Positions 10,045-19,251 of a stretch of DNA of 62,199 nucleotides are shown here, one piece after another. The translations under genes and the position numbers were made by a program. Within the stretch, counting starts at the first letter, position 1; each line of letters opens with the position of its first letter. The DNA comes from a virus (taxonomy: Duplodnaviria > Caudoviricetes). Where the stretch lies: the IMG/VR virus record IMGVR_UViG_3300043449_001468, positions 1-62,199 of that record, one strand, 5' to 3'. The notes under the pieces were generated by a model that saw only the letters and a list, made by a program, of their open reading frames with translations, made no database searches and was not told where the DNA came from.

Positions 10045-10308
10045 ATGAAAAATATCTCCATTCCAATCCCCATCGGATCAGTGGTATCACACAAGAGTCA
10101 ATATGGTATGCAGCAGCAGTCCGGCATCGTCTTAGATGATGCCGGCATTCGCTATGGTCGACACTATGTGTGGGTTGGATGGGTGATTCCTGGGACAGAA
10201 AAATCCTATCGGGCCGCATTCTGGGAGTCTGTATTGATCAAAACCTCTGAGCCACTGAAAATATTTATTGAAAGAACAGCAAAATCAATGACTTATGTAT
10301 CAAAATAA
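10045..10308 (+). CDS. hypothetical protein
   Basis: 87-aa ORF directly behind an early promoter. Confidence 0.55.
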   Translation: MKNISIPIPIGSVVSHKSQYGMQQQSGIVLDDAGIRYGRHYVWVGWVIPGTEKSYRAAFWESVLIKTSEPLKIFIERTAKSMTYVSK

Positions 10309-10311
10309 TGC

Positions 10312-10340
10312 TTGACTTTTGCTGGATGAGTTGTTACCAT
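10312..10340 (+). promoter_or_regulatory. early promoter TTGACT-N17-TACCAT
   Basis: Boxes visible, preceded by TCAAAATA element and an IHF-consensus-like AATCAATGACTTA. Confidence 0.65.
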
Positions 10341-10386
10341 AACAACATGATGATTCATACCACATTGAGCACATAGGAGAATGTGA

Positions 10387-12645
10387 ATGTACACGGTAGA
10401 AACTAAGAGCATGTTGGCCAAACTCATGGCGTCTGAGAATATTCGAGTGGAACATAGAACTGCCAAGACGGCCTCGTTCAACACAGAGACTCGCACATTG
10501 ATCTGCCCAATCTGGAAAGATATGACTGGAGACATCTATGATCTTATGCTAGGGCATGAGATTTCCCATGCCCTGAACACTCCCCCCGAAGGATGGCATG
10601 ATTCTATTGTGTCTGCCGGTACGGGTGAGTCGGCAGCAAAGTCGGAACAGATGGCGTTCAAACACTTCTTGAATGTCGTGGAAGATGCCCGCATTGAAAA
10701 GCTCATTAAGCGTCAATATCCCGGCCTTCGACGCCCTATGATTATTGGATACAAGGAATTCCTGGCTCGCGATTTTTTTGGACTTTCGGCCATTTCAGAC
10801 TTCAACTCGCTCTATCTCATCGATAAGTTGAACCTGGCCGCTAAGTGCGGCACGTTGGTGAACATTCGATTCACTTCACAAGAACAACCGTACTACGATG
10901 CCCTGATGTCCACGGAAACATGGGAAGAGGTAGTCGCTCTCGCAAAGCGACTCTATGACTACAGTAAAACTGAGCAACAACAAGGCGAGAAGAAAAAGCA
11001 ACAATTGGCGGATCAACTTGTCGAGGACTTGGAAGAGGGCGAGCAAGAAGAGGACTTGGAAGAGGGCGAGCAAGAAGAGGACTTGGAAGAGGGCGAGCAA
11101 GAAGAGGACTTGGAAGAGGACGAGCAAGAAGACCCCTATCACCCCGAAGGTGAGGGAGACCTCGATATGGAGACTGGGGGTGCTAATGAGGGTGGAGAAG
11201 GGGAGGGGGACTTTATCCCCAAGGCAAAAACCGATGAGGCATTCCGAAACTCGGAGCATAAGCTTGTGGAACAGGCCGACCTTGTGACCCGTTACCTCAA
11301 TATTCCTACTCCTTCTCTTGAGCATATCGTAGTGCCCGCCGAGGTCGTCAATGCGACACTGACTCAGGCGTTCAGTTCGCACACCTCTGTTGGGAACGCT
11401 CTCTTGATGGAGTTTAAGAAGAAGAACGAGGATTATATTGCTCTGTTGGCCAAGGAATTTGAGATGAAAAAGGCCGCGGATTCCTATGCAAAATCTAAGA
11501 TTTCTGACTCTGGCGATATCGATATCAACAAACTAGCCAATTACCGACTAGAGGATAACATCTTCCGCAAGACGATCTTGGCACATAAAGGGAAATCTCA
11601 TGGACTAGTATTGTTACTCGACAAATCCTCATCTATGACCTCGCATATCAAAGGGAGCATCGAACAAATATTGGTGTTAGCGATGTTTTGTCGCAAAGTC
11701 AACATTCCGTTTGTGGCCTATGGGTTTACTTCTATATATCATAGTTACAATGTGGTCCAGGATTCTACGCAGCAATGGAGCAGAAATCCCGATGACCTCT
11801 CCATGAATGGGTGTCGCATGCGGGAGATCATCAATTCGAGAATGTCGGCCGATAAATTCAATCGGGCTCTTGCGAATCAATTGATACTCGCTGCCCATTA
11901 CGTTGGCGACCCACGAATATCCGCCTACTGGGGATCTATTCCAGAGGAGGAAAAATTACACTCCACACCACTACATCAGGCCTTGGTGGCGAGTCGAGAT
12001 CTTATTCGGCAATTCAAACGAACACATCGATTGAACATTGTCAATATGGTGATTGTGCATGATGGAGAGGCAGATTCAACATCTAAAGCAATTTCAAGCC
12101 ATGACACACGCTTCAATGTGCCCCCTATGACCTACATGTTCAATGAACGCTATGAGAGGGTAACGCTATTGGACACAAAAGAAAATCTGTCGATACCCGT
12201 GCCTCAGGAGTCCCGTGGGCTCACCATTGCCCTCATGAAGTGGGTGCAGTTGACTACTGGATGTGGGATCTTTGGGTTCTACATTACCGGAACTTCGGGG
12301 CGTAACGCGAATCGATGCATTATAGATCTTTACCAGAATAAGCATGGAGTCGCCTTGGGGAGTTCAAGTCGAATAAATGATAATAATGCTGATCGTATGC
12401 TCCTGATCGACAGTCTGAAGAAGAAATTGATCGAGGAGAAATTTCTGGAGTCATTCACCAGCGGATACACTCGGTTTTATTTCATTCCAGGAGCCAGAGA
12501 TTTGGAGATTCCCTCCTCAGGGATTCAGGACACGGGGGTCAAGTGGACTCCATCACGTTTGTTGACAGCATACAAAAAAGCTGGGCGCAAAAAGCACATT
12601 AGCCGTGTATTAGTAACACGATTCATTGACTTAATTGCAGTGTAG
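10387..12645 (+). CDS. HEXXH metallopeptidase-like / acidic linker / VWA (CobT-like) protein
   Basis: GHEISH, NVVEDARIE, acidic repeat linker, MIDAS LLDKSSSM ... STPL ... HDGE; upstream of CobS as in T4-like cyanophages. Confidence 0.85.
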   Translation: MYTVETKSMLAKLMASENIRVEHRTAKTASFNTETRTLICPIWKDMTGDIYDLMLGHEISHALNTPPEGWHDSIVSAGTGESAAKSEQMAFKHFLNVVEDARIEKLIKRQYPGLRRPMIIGYKEFLARDFFGLSAISDFNSLYLIDKLNLAAKCGTLVNIRFTSQEQPYYDALMSTETWEEVVALAKRLYDYSKTEQQQGEKKKQQLADQLVEDLEEGEQEEDLEEGEQEEDLEEGEQEEDLEEDEQEDPYHPEGEGDLDMETGGANEGGEGEGDFIPKAKTDEAFRNSEHKLVEQADLVTRYLNIPTPSLEHIVVPAEVVNATLTQAFSSHTSVGNALLMEFKKKNEDYIALLAKEFEMKKAADSYAKSKISDSGDIDINKLANYRLEDNIFRKTILAHKGKSHGLVLLLDKSSSMTSHIKGSIEQILVLAMFCRKVNIPFVAYGFTSIYHSYNVVQDSTQQWSRNPDDLSMNGCRMREIINSRMSADKFNRALANQLILAAHYVGDPRISAYWGSIPEEEKLHSTPLHQALVASRDLIRQFKRTHRLNIVNMVIVHDGEADSTSKAISSHDTRFNVPPMTYMFNERYERVTLLDTKENLSIPVPQESRGLTIALMKWVQLTTGCGIFGFYITGTSGRNANRCIIDLYQNKHGVALGSSSRINDNNADRMLLIDSLKKKLIEEKFLESFTSGYTRFYFIPGARDLEIPSSGIQDTGVKWTPSRLLTAYKKAGRKKHISRVLVTRFIDLIAV
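11023..11130 (+). repeat. 27-bp in-frame tandem repeat x4 (EDLEEGEQE)
   Basis: GAGGACTTGGAAGAGGGCGAGCAAGAA three identical copies plus a fourth with one substitution. Confidence 0.95.
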
Positions 12646-12698
12646 TCAGAATGTACAATTTTGTACACATTAAAATTCACTAATCTTGTGGATTTATG

Positions 12699-12727
12699 TT
12701 GACATTGAAAATGTGCTATGTTATGAT
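12699..12727 (+). promoter_or_regulatory. early promoter TTGACA-N17-TATGAT
   Basis: Near-consensus boxes with TG extension. Confidence 0.7.
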
Positions 12728-12768
12728 TACACCATGATGTGCAACACAGTACAAAGGAGAATTATAGT

Positions 12769-13989
12769 ATGAGTGCAAAGTCCACGAACAGAAAGACATT
12801 CCTATCAGCCGTGGTTGCAACGGGCAAGACCCAAGTAACCACGGCAGACCTCAAAAGGATCTGTGACTCCCTGGACATGAAGGTTCCCCAGTGGTTCACC
12901 AAAGACAGAAAGAATCGTGCTGGTAGGGGGGTATACGTTGTTCCTGGCGCCTCTGCCATCCCAACCAAGGTAGTTGCCCAATCGGATGAGACGGCCACGA
13001 CCGAGTTGACGGCTCGTAGTATTAATCATGGAGGCAGAACGACACCTAGGATCACCTCCTTGATCACAGACATTGAGGACCAGGGTATTGTTCCGGCGAA
13101 ATACAAGAACTATGTGCCATTCGGGAATTTTGAGGATCTCAAATCCATTATCATGTCTCGGCAGTTCTATCCTGTGTTTATCACAGGGCCCTCTGGTAAC
13201 GGAAAAAGTATGTCCGTTGAACAGATCTGTGCCATGCTGGGGCGAGAGTATGTCTGTGTCAGTATGACCCCGGAAACCGACGAAGGAGATCTTCTCGGCA
13301 ACTATATGCTACTGGATAATCAGATGATCTGGCGAGACGGGGCGGTCACTGTCGCAGCACGTAGGGGGGCAGTGCTCTGTATCGATGAAATTGACTATGG
13401 TGCCCAAAATCTTTCGTGCCTTCAGCGGGTCCTTGAGGGGAAACCCTTTCTACTCAAGAAAAAGGGGGAGATCGTCACTCCGGCACCTGGGTTCCAGATC
13501 ATCGCAACGGCCAACACCAAAGGTAAAGGTTCTGAGGATGGTCGCTATATGTTCACCAACGTCCTCAATGAAGCGTTTCTTGAGCGGTTCCCCATTACCT
13601 TTGAACAAGAGTGGGCACCTGCCGCAACGGAGAAACGTATTATCAAGAAGGAATTGGAATCGGCCGGAAGATCGGATGATGAGTTTGCCACACATCTTGT
13701 CACATGGGCCACCGTGGTGCGAAAAGCCTACGAAGAAGAGGGTATCTCAAGCGAAGTCATCTCCACTCGTAGATTGGTACATATTGCCCGGGCATATCCG
13801 ATTTTCAATGGGGACCGCATGAAAGCGATCACCTACTGTCTCAATCGTTTCGACGAAGATACCAAGAAGGCATTCATCGACCTGTATACCAAGGTGGACA
13901 GTTCTATTGTGGCACCGAACACCATGGAGGCTGCTGCCGGTACTAGCATCGAGAATGAGACTCCCGAACCTAGTGGTGCCTGCATCTAG
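12769..13989 (+). CDS. cobS: CobS-like MoxR-family AAA+ ATPase
   Basis: GPSGNGKS, ETDEGDLLG, IDEID, ATANTKGKGSEDGR, LNEAFLERF, ISTRRLVHI; start at ATG 12769 behind AAGGAG. Confidence 0.9.
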   Translation: MSAKSTNRKTFLSAVVATGKTQVTTADLKRICDSLDMKVPQWFTKDRKNRAGRGVYVVPGASAIPTKVVAQSDETATTELTARSINHGGRTTPRITSLITDIEDQGIVPAKYKNYVPFGNFEDLKSIIMSRQFYPVFITGPSGNGKSMSVEQICAMLGREYVCVSMTPETDEGDLLGNYMLLDNQMIWRDGAVTVAARRGAVLCIDEIDYGAQNLSCLQRVLEGKPFLLKKKGEIVTPAPGFQIIATANTKGKGSEDGRYMFTNVLNEAFLERFPITFEQEWAPAATEKRIIKKELESAGRSDDEFATHLVTWATVVRKAYEEEGISSEVISTRRLVHIARAYPIFNGDRMKAITYCLNRFDEDTKKAFIDLYTKVDSSIVAPNTMEAAAGTSIENETPEPSGACI

Positions 13990-14026
13990 GAATGTGGTAT
14001 GATAAAGACCGTCATCAAAATAACGC

Positions 14027-14055
14027 TTGACATGTACCTGGGAGTATGTTAATAT
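14027..14055 (+). promoter_or_regulatory. early promoter TTGACA-N17-TAATAT
   Basis: Boxes visible; same upstream ATCAAAATAAYGC as the 10312 promoter. Confidence 0.65.
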
Positions 14056-14143
14056 AATCGTGTTAATATGATTGTGCTATACGGCACGTTTGGAGGATGG
14101 TTGCGCTCCTAATTCTGCAACCGATCATTAGTGAGGTGTTTCG

Positions 14144-14428
14144 ATGAGTACAGTATCTAAGGTGTCGGCGAAGTCAAGGATTCTTGCGTTTTTGTCGAAG
14201 ACTTCAGGGTATAATACCTTGAGTGTGGCGCAGGCGCGGGCTCGATTTGGTATCACCAACGTGACCTCGGCTATTGCGAAGCTTCGCGCAGAGGGGTATG
14301 CGATTTATACCAACGTCAAGCGGCGAGGGGATGGCTCTAAGGTCGCCGTCTATCGCTTGGGTCGTCCGTCCACGTCCTTCGCCGAGACATGTCGCAAGAT
14401 GGGGGTTCAACCGAAGGGCGCGAACTGA
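14144..14428 (+). CDS. small basic winged-helix DNA-binding protein
   Basis: LSVAQARARFGI.NV.S.I..LR.EGYAIYTN...YRLG.P pattern; SD GAGGTG. Confidence 0.7.
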   Translation: MSTVSKVSAKSRILAFLSKTSGYNTLSVAQARARFGITNVTSAIAKLRAEGYAIYTNVKRRGDGSKVAVYRLGRPSTSFAETCRKMGVQPKGAN

Positions 14429-14455
14429 CCTAGTTCGTTTTCAGCCTTTCCACAC

Positions 14456-14494
14456 TGGGAGGCCTCTGCAATGGAGGCCTCCCACTTCTCGTTT
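14456..14494 (+). terminator. intrinsic terminator
   Basis: 11-bp stem TGGGAGGCCTC/GAGGCCTCCCA followed by a pyrimidine-rich tail. Confidence 0.7.
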
Positions 14495-14505
14495 CAGGAG
14501 AACAC

Positions 14506-14931
14506 ATGTTAAACACGATGTGCAGGTTCCCCAATGCAGACGATCTAGTAGTGCAAAGGGCAATGGAAGTACTTGTTGAACGTCACAAATTTTATTGTCA
14601 GTTAGACTTTCCTCTTGATCATGGTATTGCCGAAAATGCCACATTCGAATACATGATGGATCATGCCGCCAATTCCTTTCGGATTCTCATGCGGAATTAT
14701 ATGTTCAAAGGCTACAAGGAAGTTGAAACCTTCCATCATGTACCTCGAACTTGGTGGGACCATTTCAAAGAAGAGTATTTCCCGGCTTGGGCACTCAGGA
14801 AATGGCCCGTAAAGTATGCCAAACTCTGTCGGACGACCACCACTCTCTGCCCTCATGGAGTCGACCAGTGGCCTCATAGCAACCACATTCGGTTTCTCTA
14901 TTATGGAAGTGAAAAGGACGCCGCATGCTAA
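14506..14931 (+). CDS. hypothetical protein
   Basis: 141-aa ORF with SD AGGAG; PRTWWDHFK...W.LRKWPVKY motif. Confidence 0.65.
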   Translation: MLNTMCRFPNADDLVVQRAMEVLVERHKFYCQLDFPLDHGIAENATFEYMMDHAANSFRILMRNYMFKGYKEVETFHHVPRTWWDHFKEEYFPAWALRKWPVKYAKLCRTTTTLCPHGVDQWPHSNHIRFLYYGSEKDAAC

Positions 14932-15398
14932 GTAGAGGTGACGCAAACAATCGGCCTGTGGGGTATTGGGATCGTTGGTTCATCGGTCTCGCCAAATACA
15001 TTGCCACAGCGTCAAAGGATCCTTCTACTAAAGTTGGAGCCGTCATTACAGATCGTCAAAATAGAGTTATCTCTACAGGATACAACGGGTTCCCTCGTGG
15101 CGTCAAAGACTCCCCAGACCGACTCAATGATCGTGATACCAAATATTCTATGGTCGTTCATGGTGAGATCAACGCTCTTTTGTTTGCTACACAGCCTCTA
15201 GACGGCACCACACTTTATATCTGGCCATTTCTTTCATGTTCTCGGTGCACGTCTATGATCATCAACGCCGGAATTAAGCGAGTGGTTGCGCCTCTGAGCA
15301 CCAACCCTCGTTGGGCAGATTCTATTGCGCTCAGTGTTCGACTCTATCATGAGGCGGGTGTGTCTGCGGTACTGTTGGAATTACCCACAGAAAAATAG
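14925..15398 (+). CDS. cd: dCMP deaminase
   Basis: SKDPSTKVGAVI, GYNGFP, HGEINA, SCSRC zinc ligands. Confidence 0.92.
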   Translation: MLSRGDANNRPVGYWDRWFIGLAKYIATASKDPSTKVGAVITDRQNRVISTGYNGFPRGVKDSPDRLNDRDTKYSMVVHGEINALLFATQPLDGTTLYIWPFLSCSRCTSMIINAGIKRVVAPLSTNPRWADSIALSVRLYHEAGVSAVLLELPTEK

Positions 15399-15454
15399 GA
15401 CAACTACATAGTATTATATGGAGAGTGTGGATATTATACTCATGGAGGTTTTGA

Positions 15455-16249
15455 ATGGAGATTAAAATTGATATTGAGAAGTTGAGGAAGAATAGGGTCT
15501 TTGTCAGCACGCCAATGTATGGTGGACAGTGTACCGGAATGTACATGAAAAGTTCCTTGGATCTACAGACCACATTCCAACAATACGGAATTACGTCTCG
15601 GTTCTCTTTCATATTCAATGAGTCACTGATCACCAGGGCCAGAAATTATTTGGTGGACGAATTCTTGCGTACCGACTTCACCCATCTCCTTTTCCTGGAT
15701 GCCGATATTCACTACAATCCGCAAGACATTATTGCCATGTTGGCACTCGACAAGGACGTGATTGGGGCCCCCTATCCTAAAAAATCTCTTAATTGGAATA
15801 ATATCGCAGCGGCCGCGAGGAGTCATCCTACCCTAGATCCCAAGGAGCTTGAAAATGTCGTAGGTGACTATGTGTTCAATGTGGTCAAGGGTACCGAAAA
15901 GTTCCAGGTCTCAGAGCCCCTGGAAGTCATGGAGATTGGAACTGGGTATATGTTGGTGAAGCGTGAGGTGTTTGCCAAATTTGCAGAGGCCTACCCCCAG
16001 TTAAAATACCGACCCGATCATGTTGGTCAGAAAAACTTCGATGGATCACGCTACATCCATGCGTATTTTGATTGCTACATTGATCCTAAGTCGGAACGAT
16101 ATCTCAGCGAGGACTATGCCTTCTGTCAACGATATCGAGAAATTGGCGGTCACGTCTGGCTCTGTCCATGGGTACAAACGGCGCACATTGGCACCTATAG
16201 TTTCATCGGTAATATGGCTCGCATAGCAGATTTGACGGGTAAACTCTAG
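15455..16249 (+). CDS. GT-A fold glycosyltransferase-like protein
   Basis: TPMYGG, NESLITRARN, LFLDADI (DxD), GTGYML, YLSEDYAFC. Confidence 0.8.
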   Translation: MEIKIDIEKLRKNRVFVSTPMYGGQCTGMYMKSSLDLQTTFQQYGITSRFSFIFNESLITRARNYLVDEFLRTDFTHLLFLDADIHYNPQDIIAMLALDKDVIGAPYPKKSLNWNNIAAAARSHPTLDPKELENVVGDYVFNVVKGTEKFQVSEPLEVMEIGTGYMLVKREVFAKFAEAYPQLKYRPDHVGQKNFDGSRYIHAYFDCYIDPKSERYLSEDYAFCQRYREIGGHVWLCPWVQTAHIGTYSFIGNMARIADLTGKL

Positions 16250-16253
16250 GAGC

Positions 16254-16610
16254 ATGATGTCGAGTAAAAAACCTTCAGGTAACAGTAAACAGATTGAATC
16301 CTATGAACGGTGGTGGGGGAATACTAAAAATGTGCCTAAGCGCACCATCAAAGATACAGAAAAATGGTGGAGGAATGTGGGGAACGTCCTACATTCTGAA
16401 TTATATTCCACCGAACCTCCTACATGGGAAACGGTTACACTTACCCCCCATCAATTGCTATATTTACTCAACACGCACCGAGATGTGATTCGTAATATGG
16501 ACGAGCTTCAGCTTAAACATGAGGCCAATATAGAGCGAATGCAGGGGATCATGGCCGCATTCGATCACTGGTGTGCCAACAGCGACGAGCATACCTCTAA
16601 TAGAGCATAG
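16254..16610 (+). CDS. hypothetical protein
   Basis: 118-aa ORF tightly packed in the operon. Confidence 0.55.
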   Translation: MMSSKKPSGNSKQIESYERWWGNTKNVPKRTIKDTEKWWRNVGNVLHSELYSTEPPTWETVTLTPHQLLYLLNTHRDVIRNMDELQLKHEANIERMQGIMAAFDHWCANSDEHTSNRA

Positions 16611-16618
16611 GTGACTAT

Positions 16619-17242
16619 ATGATGATAGGATTAATAGGGCTGATTGGTTCTGGTAAAGGAACTGTGGGGGATATACTCAGGGATGAGCACGGATACCTAC
16701 AAGATTCCTTTGCGCGGCCACTCAAAGATGCCGTATCTGTCATTTTTGGTTGGGATCGACAGATGTTAGAGGGGGTTACCAAAGACTCACGCGAATGGAG
16801 AGAAGTCGCCGATCCATTCTGGTCGAACAAATTTGGTTATGCGTTCACTCCAAGACTCGCCCTTCAGCTCATGGGCACAGAAGCGGGTCGTGATGTCTTT
16901 CACGAGAGCATTTGGGTGACCTCATTGCTCCATCGACACCAAGGGAATGAGGATGTTGTGGTTACTGATGTGAGATTTAGGAACGAGATCGCCGCCATAC
17001 GAGATATGGGTGGCATGATCGTGAGGGTTCGACGAGGGCCCGATCCTGCATGGTTTCCTACAGCACAGTCTGCCATAGCAGGAGATCCTGAGTCTCTTCG
17101 TATCATGGCCGGCATGTCCATACACACCTCAGAATGGGACTGGGTAGGATCTACAATCGATCATACCATCTATAACGACGGCACATTGGCCGATTTGCGT
17201 CGAAATGTTCAGAGTCTAGCAGAGATGGTACGGCGCCCTTGA
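16619..17242 (+). CDS. gp1: deoxynucleoside monophosphate kinase (gp1-like)
   Basis: GLIGSGKGT, SFA.PLK, TPRLALQLMGTE.GR, VTDVRF.NE, H.SE. Confidence 0.9.
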   Translation: MMIGLIGLIGSGKGTVGDILRDEHGYLQDSFARPLKDAVSVIFGWDRQMLEGVTKDSREWREVADPFWSNKFGYAFTPRLALQLMGTEAGRDVFHESIWVTSLLHRHQGNEDVVVTDVRFRNEIAAIRDMGGMIVRVRRGPDPAWFPTAQSAIAGDPESLRIMAGMSIHTSEWDWVGSTIDHTIYNDGTLADLRRNVQSLAEMVRRP

Positions 17243-17267
17243 CTTTACCCTCATATTCGTGTATACT
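17239..17267 (+). promoter_or_regulatory. early promoter TTGACT-N17-TATACT
   Basis: Near-consensus boxes upstream of gp45. Confidence 0.7.
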
Positions 17268-17297
17268 CTCCATATTATTAATCTTGTGAGGTGAACT

Positions 17298-17981
17298 ATG
17301 CAGCTTTCAGAAAATACCCTGACTATCTTGAAGAACTTCGCGACGATCAATACCGGGCTGTTCTTCAGAAAGGGAAATGTGCTTCGCACGGTATCTCCCG
17401 GTAAAACCGTGTTGGCGGAGGCCACCATCGACGAAGACATCCCCTCTGATTTTGGGATACATGAACTCAATCAACTATTGTCGATCATCTCCCTACACAA
17501 GGAAACCCCTGAGCTTAACGTCACTGGAAACAACCTTGTCATTAAGGGACGTGACGGTCGCAGCAAGATTACCTATCGCTGCTGTGATGAATCGATGATC
17601 CGAGTCCCGCCGGAAGATAAGAAGATTACGCTACCGTCGGAAGATCTCTCATTTGTACTCACCGAATCAGACCTCAATTGGATCATGAAATCCTCTGCGG
17701 TACTGGGGGTGCCACATATCTCAGTGGTGGGTCGAAATGGAAAACTCTATATCGGTACGCTCGATATGAGCAACGATGCGGCGCATACCGATTCTTTAGA
17801 AATCGCCGACTACTCAGGAGAGCCTGTGGAATTCATTTTCAAGGTCGAGAACTGGAAGATGATTCCTGGTAGCTATCAGGTCACGATCTCCTCGGCTCCT
17901 CCCTCTAAAGGGGTGTCACTGTTCCAAAATCAGGCAAAAAAGCTGCGATACTGGATGGCACTGGAGTCTAAGAGCAATTAA
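17298..17981 (+). CDS. gp45: gp45 sliding clamp
   Basis: LS..TL.ILKNFATIN, LAEA.I, FGI..L..LL, KVEN.KMIPG.Y, Y.MALE. Confidence 0.95.
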   Translation: MQLSENTLTILKNFATINTGLFFRKGNVLRTVSPGKTVLAEATIDEDIPSDFGIHELNQLLSIISLHKETPELNVTGNNLVIKGRDGRSKITYRCCDESMIRVPPEDKKITLPSEDLSFVLTESDLNWIMKSSAVLGVPHISVVGRNGKLYIGTLDMSNDAAHTDSLEIADYSGEPVEFIFKVENWKMIPGSYQVTISSAPPSKGVSLFQNQAKKLRYWMALESKSN

Positions 17982-18006
17982 TTAGTCAGTTTCGTAGCAT
18001 GGACTA

Positions 18007-18079
18007 CACAAAACCCACAAATACCGGAATAGACCACTCTCTAGGAGCGGGGTTTATGAGGCGATTTGTGGGTTTTGTG
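18007..18079. repeat. perfect 16-bp inverted repeat with 41-nt spacer
   Basis: CACAAAACCCACAAAT (18007-18022) / ATTTGTGGGTTTTGTG (18064-18079). Confidence 0.9.
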
Positions 18080-18126
18080 GTCTTTTGCGAGAAACATGAG
18101 CTTCCCATCGTCTTTGCTCTAAAGAG

Positions 18127-18166
18127 CCGTTATACGAGCAATGTGACCGTTATACGAGCATTCTGA
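18127..18166. repeat. 20-bp tandem direct repeat x2
   Basis: CCGTTATACGAGCAATGTGA / CCGTTATACGAGCATTCTGA. Confidence 0.85.
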
Positions 18167-18220
18167 CCGCGGTTGTACACTAAATAGCAGCGTGATGACC
18201 CTTAAACTAGGAGCTATATT

Positions 18221-19165
18221 ATGGAAAAAAATCTGCGGCATTCCCTATGGACCGAGGCATATCGTCCTGCCAAGGTCTCGGACTGTATCTTACCTGAACG
18301 TCTCAAACATCCATTTGAAGAATATGTAAAGCAACAGATGATTCCTAATCTGTTACTCTGTGGAGGCGCAGGTGTGGGGAAAACCACCATCGCCAGAGCC
18401 TTGTGCCAGGAAATAGGATGTGACTACATCGTGATCAATGGATCGGACGAATCTGGTATTGATACCTTTCGCACCAAGATCAAAAATTACGCCTCTAGTC
18501 TGTCGCTGGAAGGTGGTCGCAAGGTCATCATTATCGATGAAGCGGATTATTTGAATCCCAATTCCACCCAACCTGCACTTCGAAACGCCATGGAGGAGTT
18601 TGCGGTAAACTGCTCCTTTATCTTTACCTGCAACTTCAAACAGAGGATCATCGAACCTCTGCATTCTCGATGTGCGGTGGTAGATTTCAGCCTCAAAAGC
18701 GGCGAGAAGCAGAAAATGGCCGCCGCATTCTTTGCTAGAGTGCAATTAATTCTCAAGAGCGAATCGGTACCCTATGATCAGACCGTCCTGGTGGAGTTTA
18801 TCAAGAAATTCTTCCCCGACTTCCGACGCATTCTCAATGAACTTCAGCGATATGCTCAATTTGGTAAGATCGACGCTGGGCTCCTTTCGTATCTGGGAGA
18901 TGTTGAGATCACTGAACTGGTGCGCTATCTTAAAGACAAGGACTTCGGGGAGATTCGAAAGTGGGTAGGTTCTCATGAAGTAGAACCGTCCGTATTGTAC
19001 CGTAAAATTTACGACGAAATGTATGAATTCCTAAAACCAGAGTCCATACCAGAGGTTGTGCTTTTACTTGCTGACTATCAATATAAACAGGCGTTTTGTG
19101 CTGACGGACAGATAAATGTCGTGGCATGTCTCACAGAGATAATGTTGAGTGCGAAGTTCTTATAA
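18221..19165 (+). CDS. gp44: gp44 clamp loader large subunit
   Basis: LW.E.YRP, GAGVGKTT, INGSDE, IIDEADY, PLHSRC, PDFRR..NELQ. Confidence 0.95.
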   Translation: MEKNLRHSLWTEAYRPAKVSDCILPERLKHPFEEYVKQQMIPNLLLCGGAGVGKTTIARALCQEIGCDYIVINGSDESGIDTFRTKIKNYASSLSLEGGRKVIIIDEADYLNPNSTQPALRNAMEEFAVNCSFIFTCNFKQRIIEPLHSRCAVVDFSLKSGEKQKMAAAFFARVQLILKSESVPYDQTVLVEFIKKFFPDFRRILNELQRYAQFGKIDAGLLSYLGDVEITELVRYLKDKDFGEIRKWVGSHEVEPSVLYRKIYDEMYEFLKPESIPEVVLLLADYQYKQAFCADGQINVVACLTEIMLSAKFL

Positions 19166-19203
19166 ATGCTTCCGTGGATAGAGAATCGCCGCAAAGGATC
19201 AAA

Positions 19204-19251
19204 ATGATGGCCTGCCTCACCGAATTAATGATGGGATGTGAATTTCTATGA
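19204..19251 (+). pseudogene. orphaned duplicate of the gp44 3' end (MMACLTELMMGCEFL*)
   Basis: Aligns with the current gp44 C-terminus VVACLTEIMLSAKFL*. Confidence 0.75.

Noticed and set aside
11023-11130. Repeat array as a possible CRISPR
   Set aside because: The repeats are contiguous with no spacers and are in frame within a coding linker.
10876-11382. Hydrophobic repetitive minus-strand ORF (FQVLFLLAL repeats)
   Set aside because: Antisense reading of the 27-bp acidic repeat.
12769-13989. Cobalamin biosynthesis gene
   Set aside because: No cobN or other cob genes; it is the widespread phage MoxR-type ATPase paired with a VWA protein.
18127-18166. 20-bp repeats as a mini-CRISPR
   Set aside because: Only two adjacent copies, no spacer and no cas genes.
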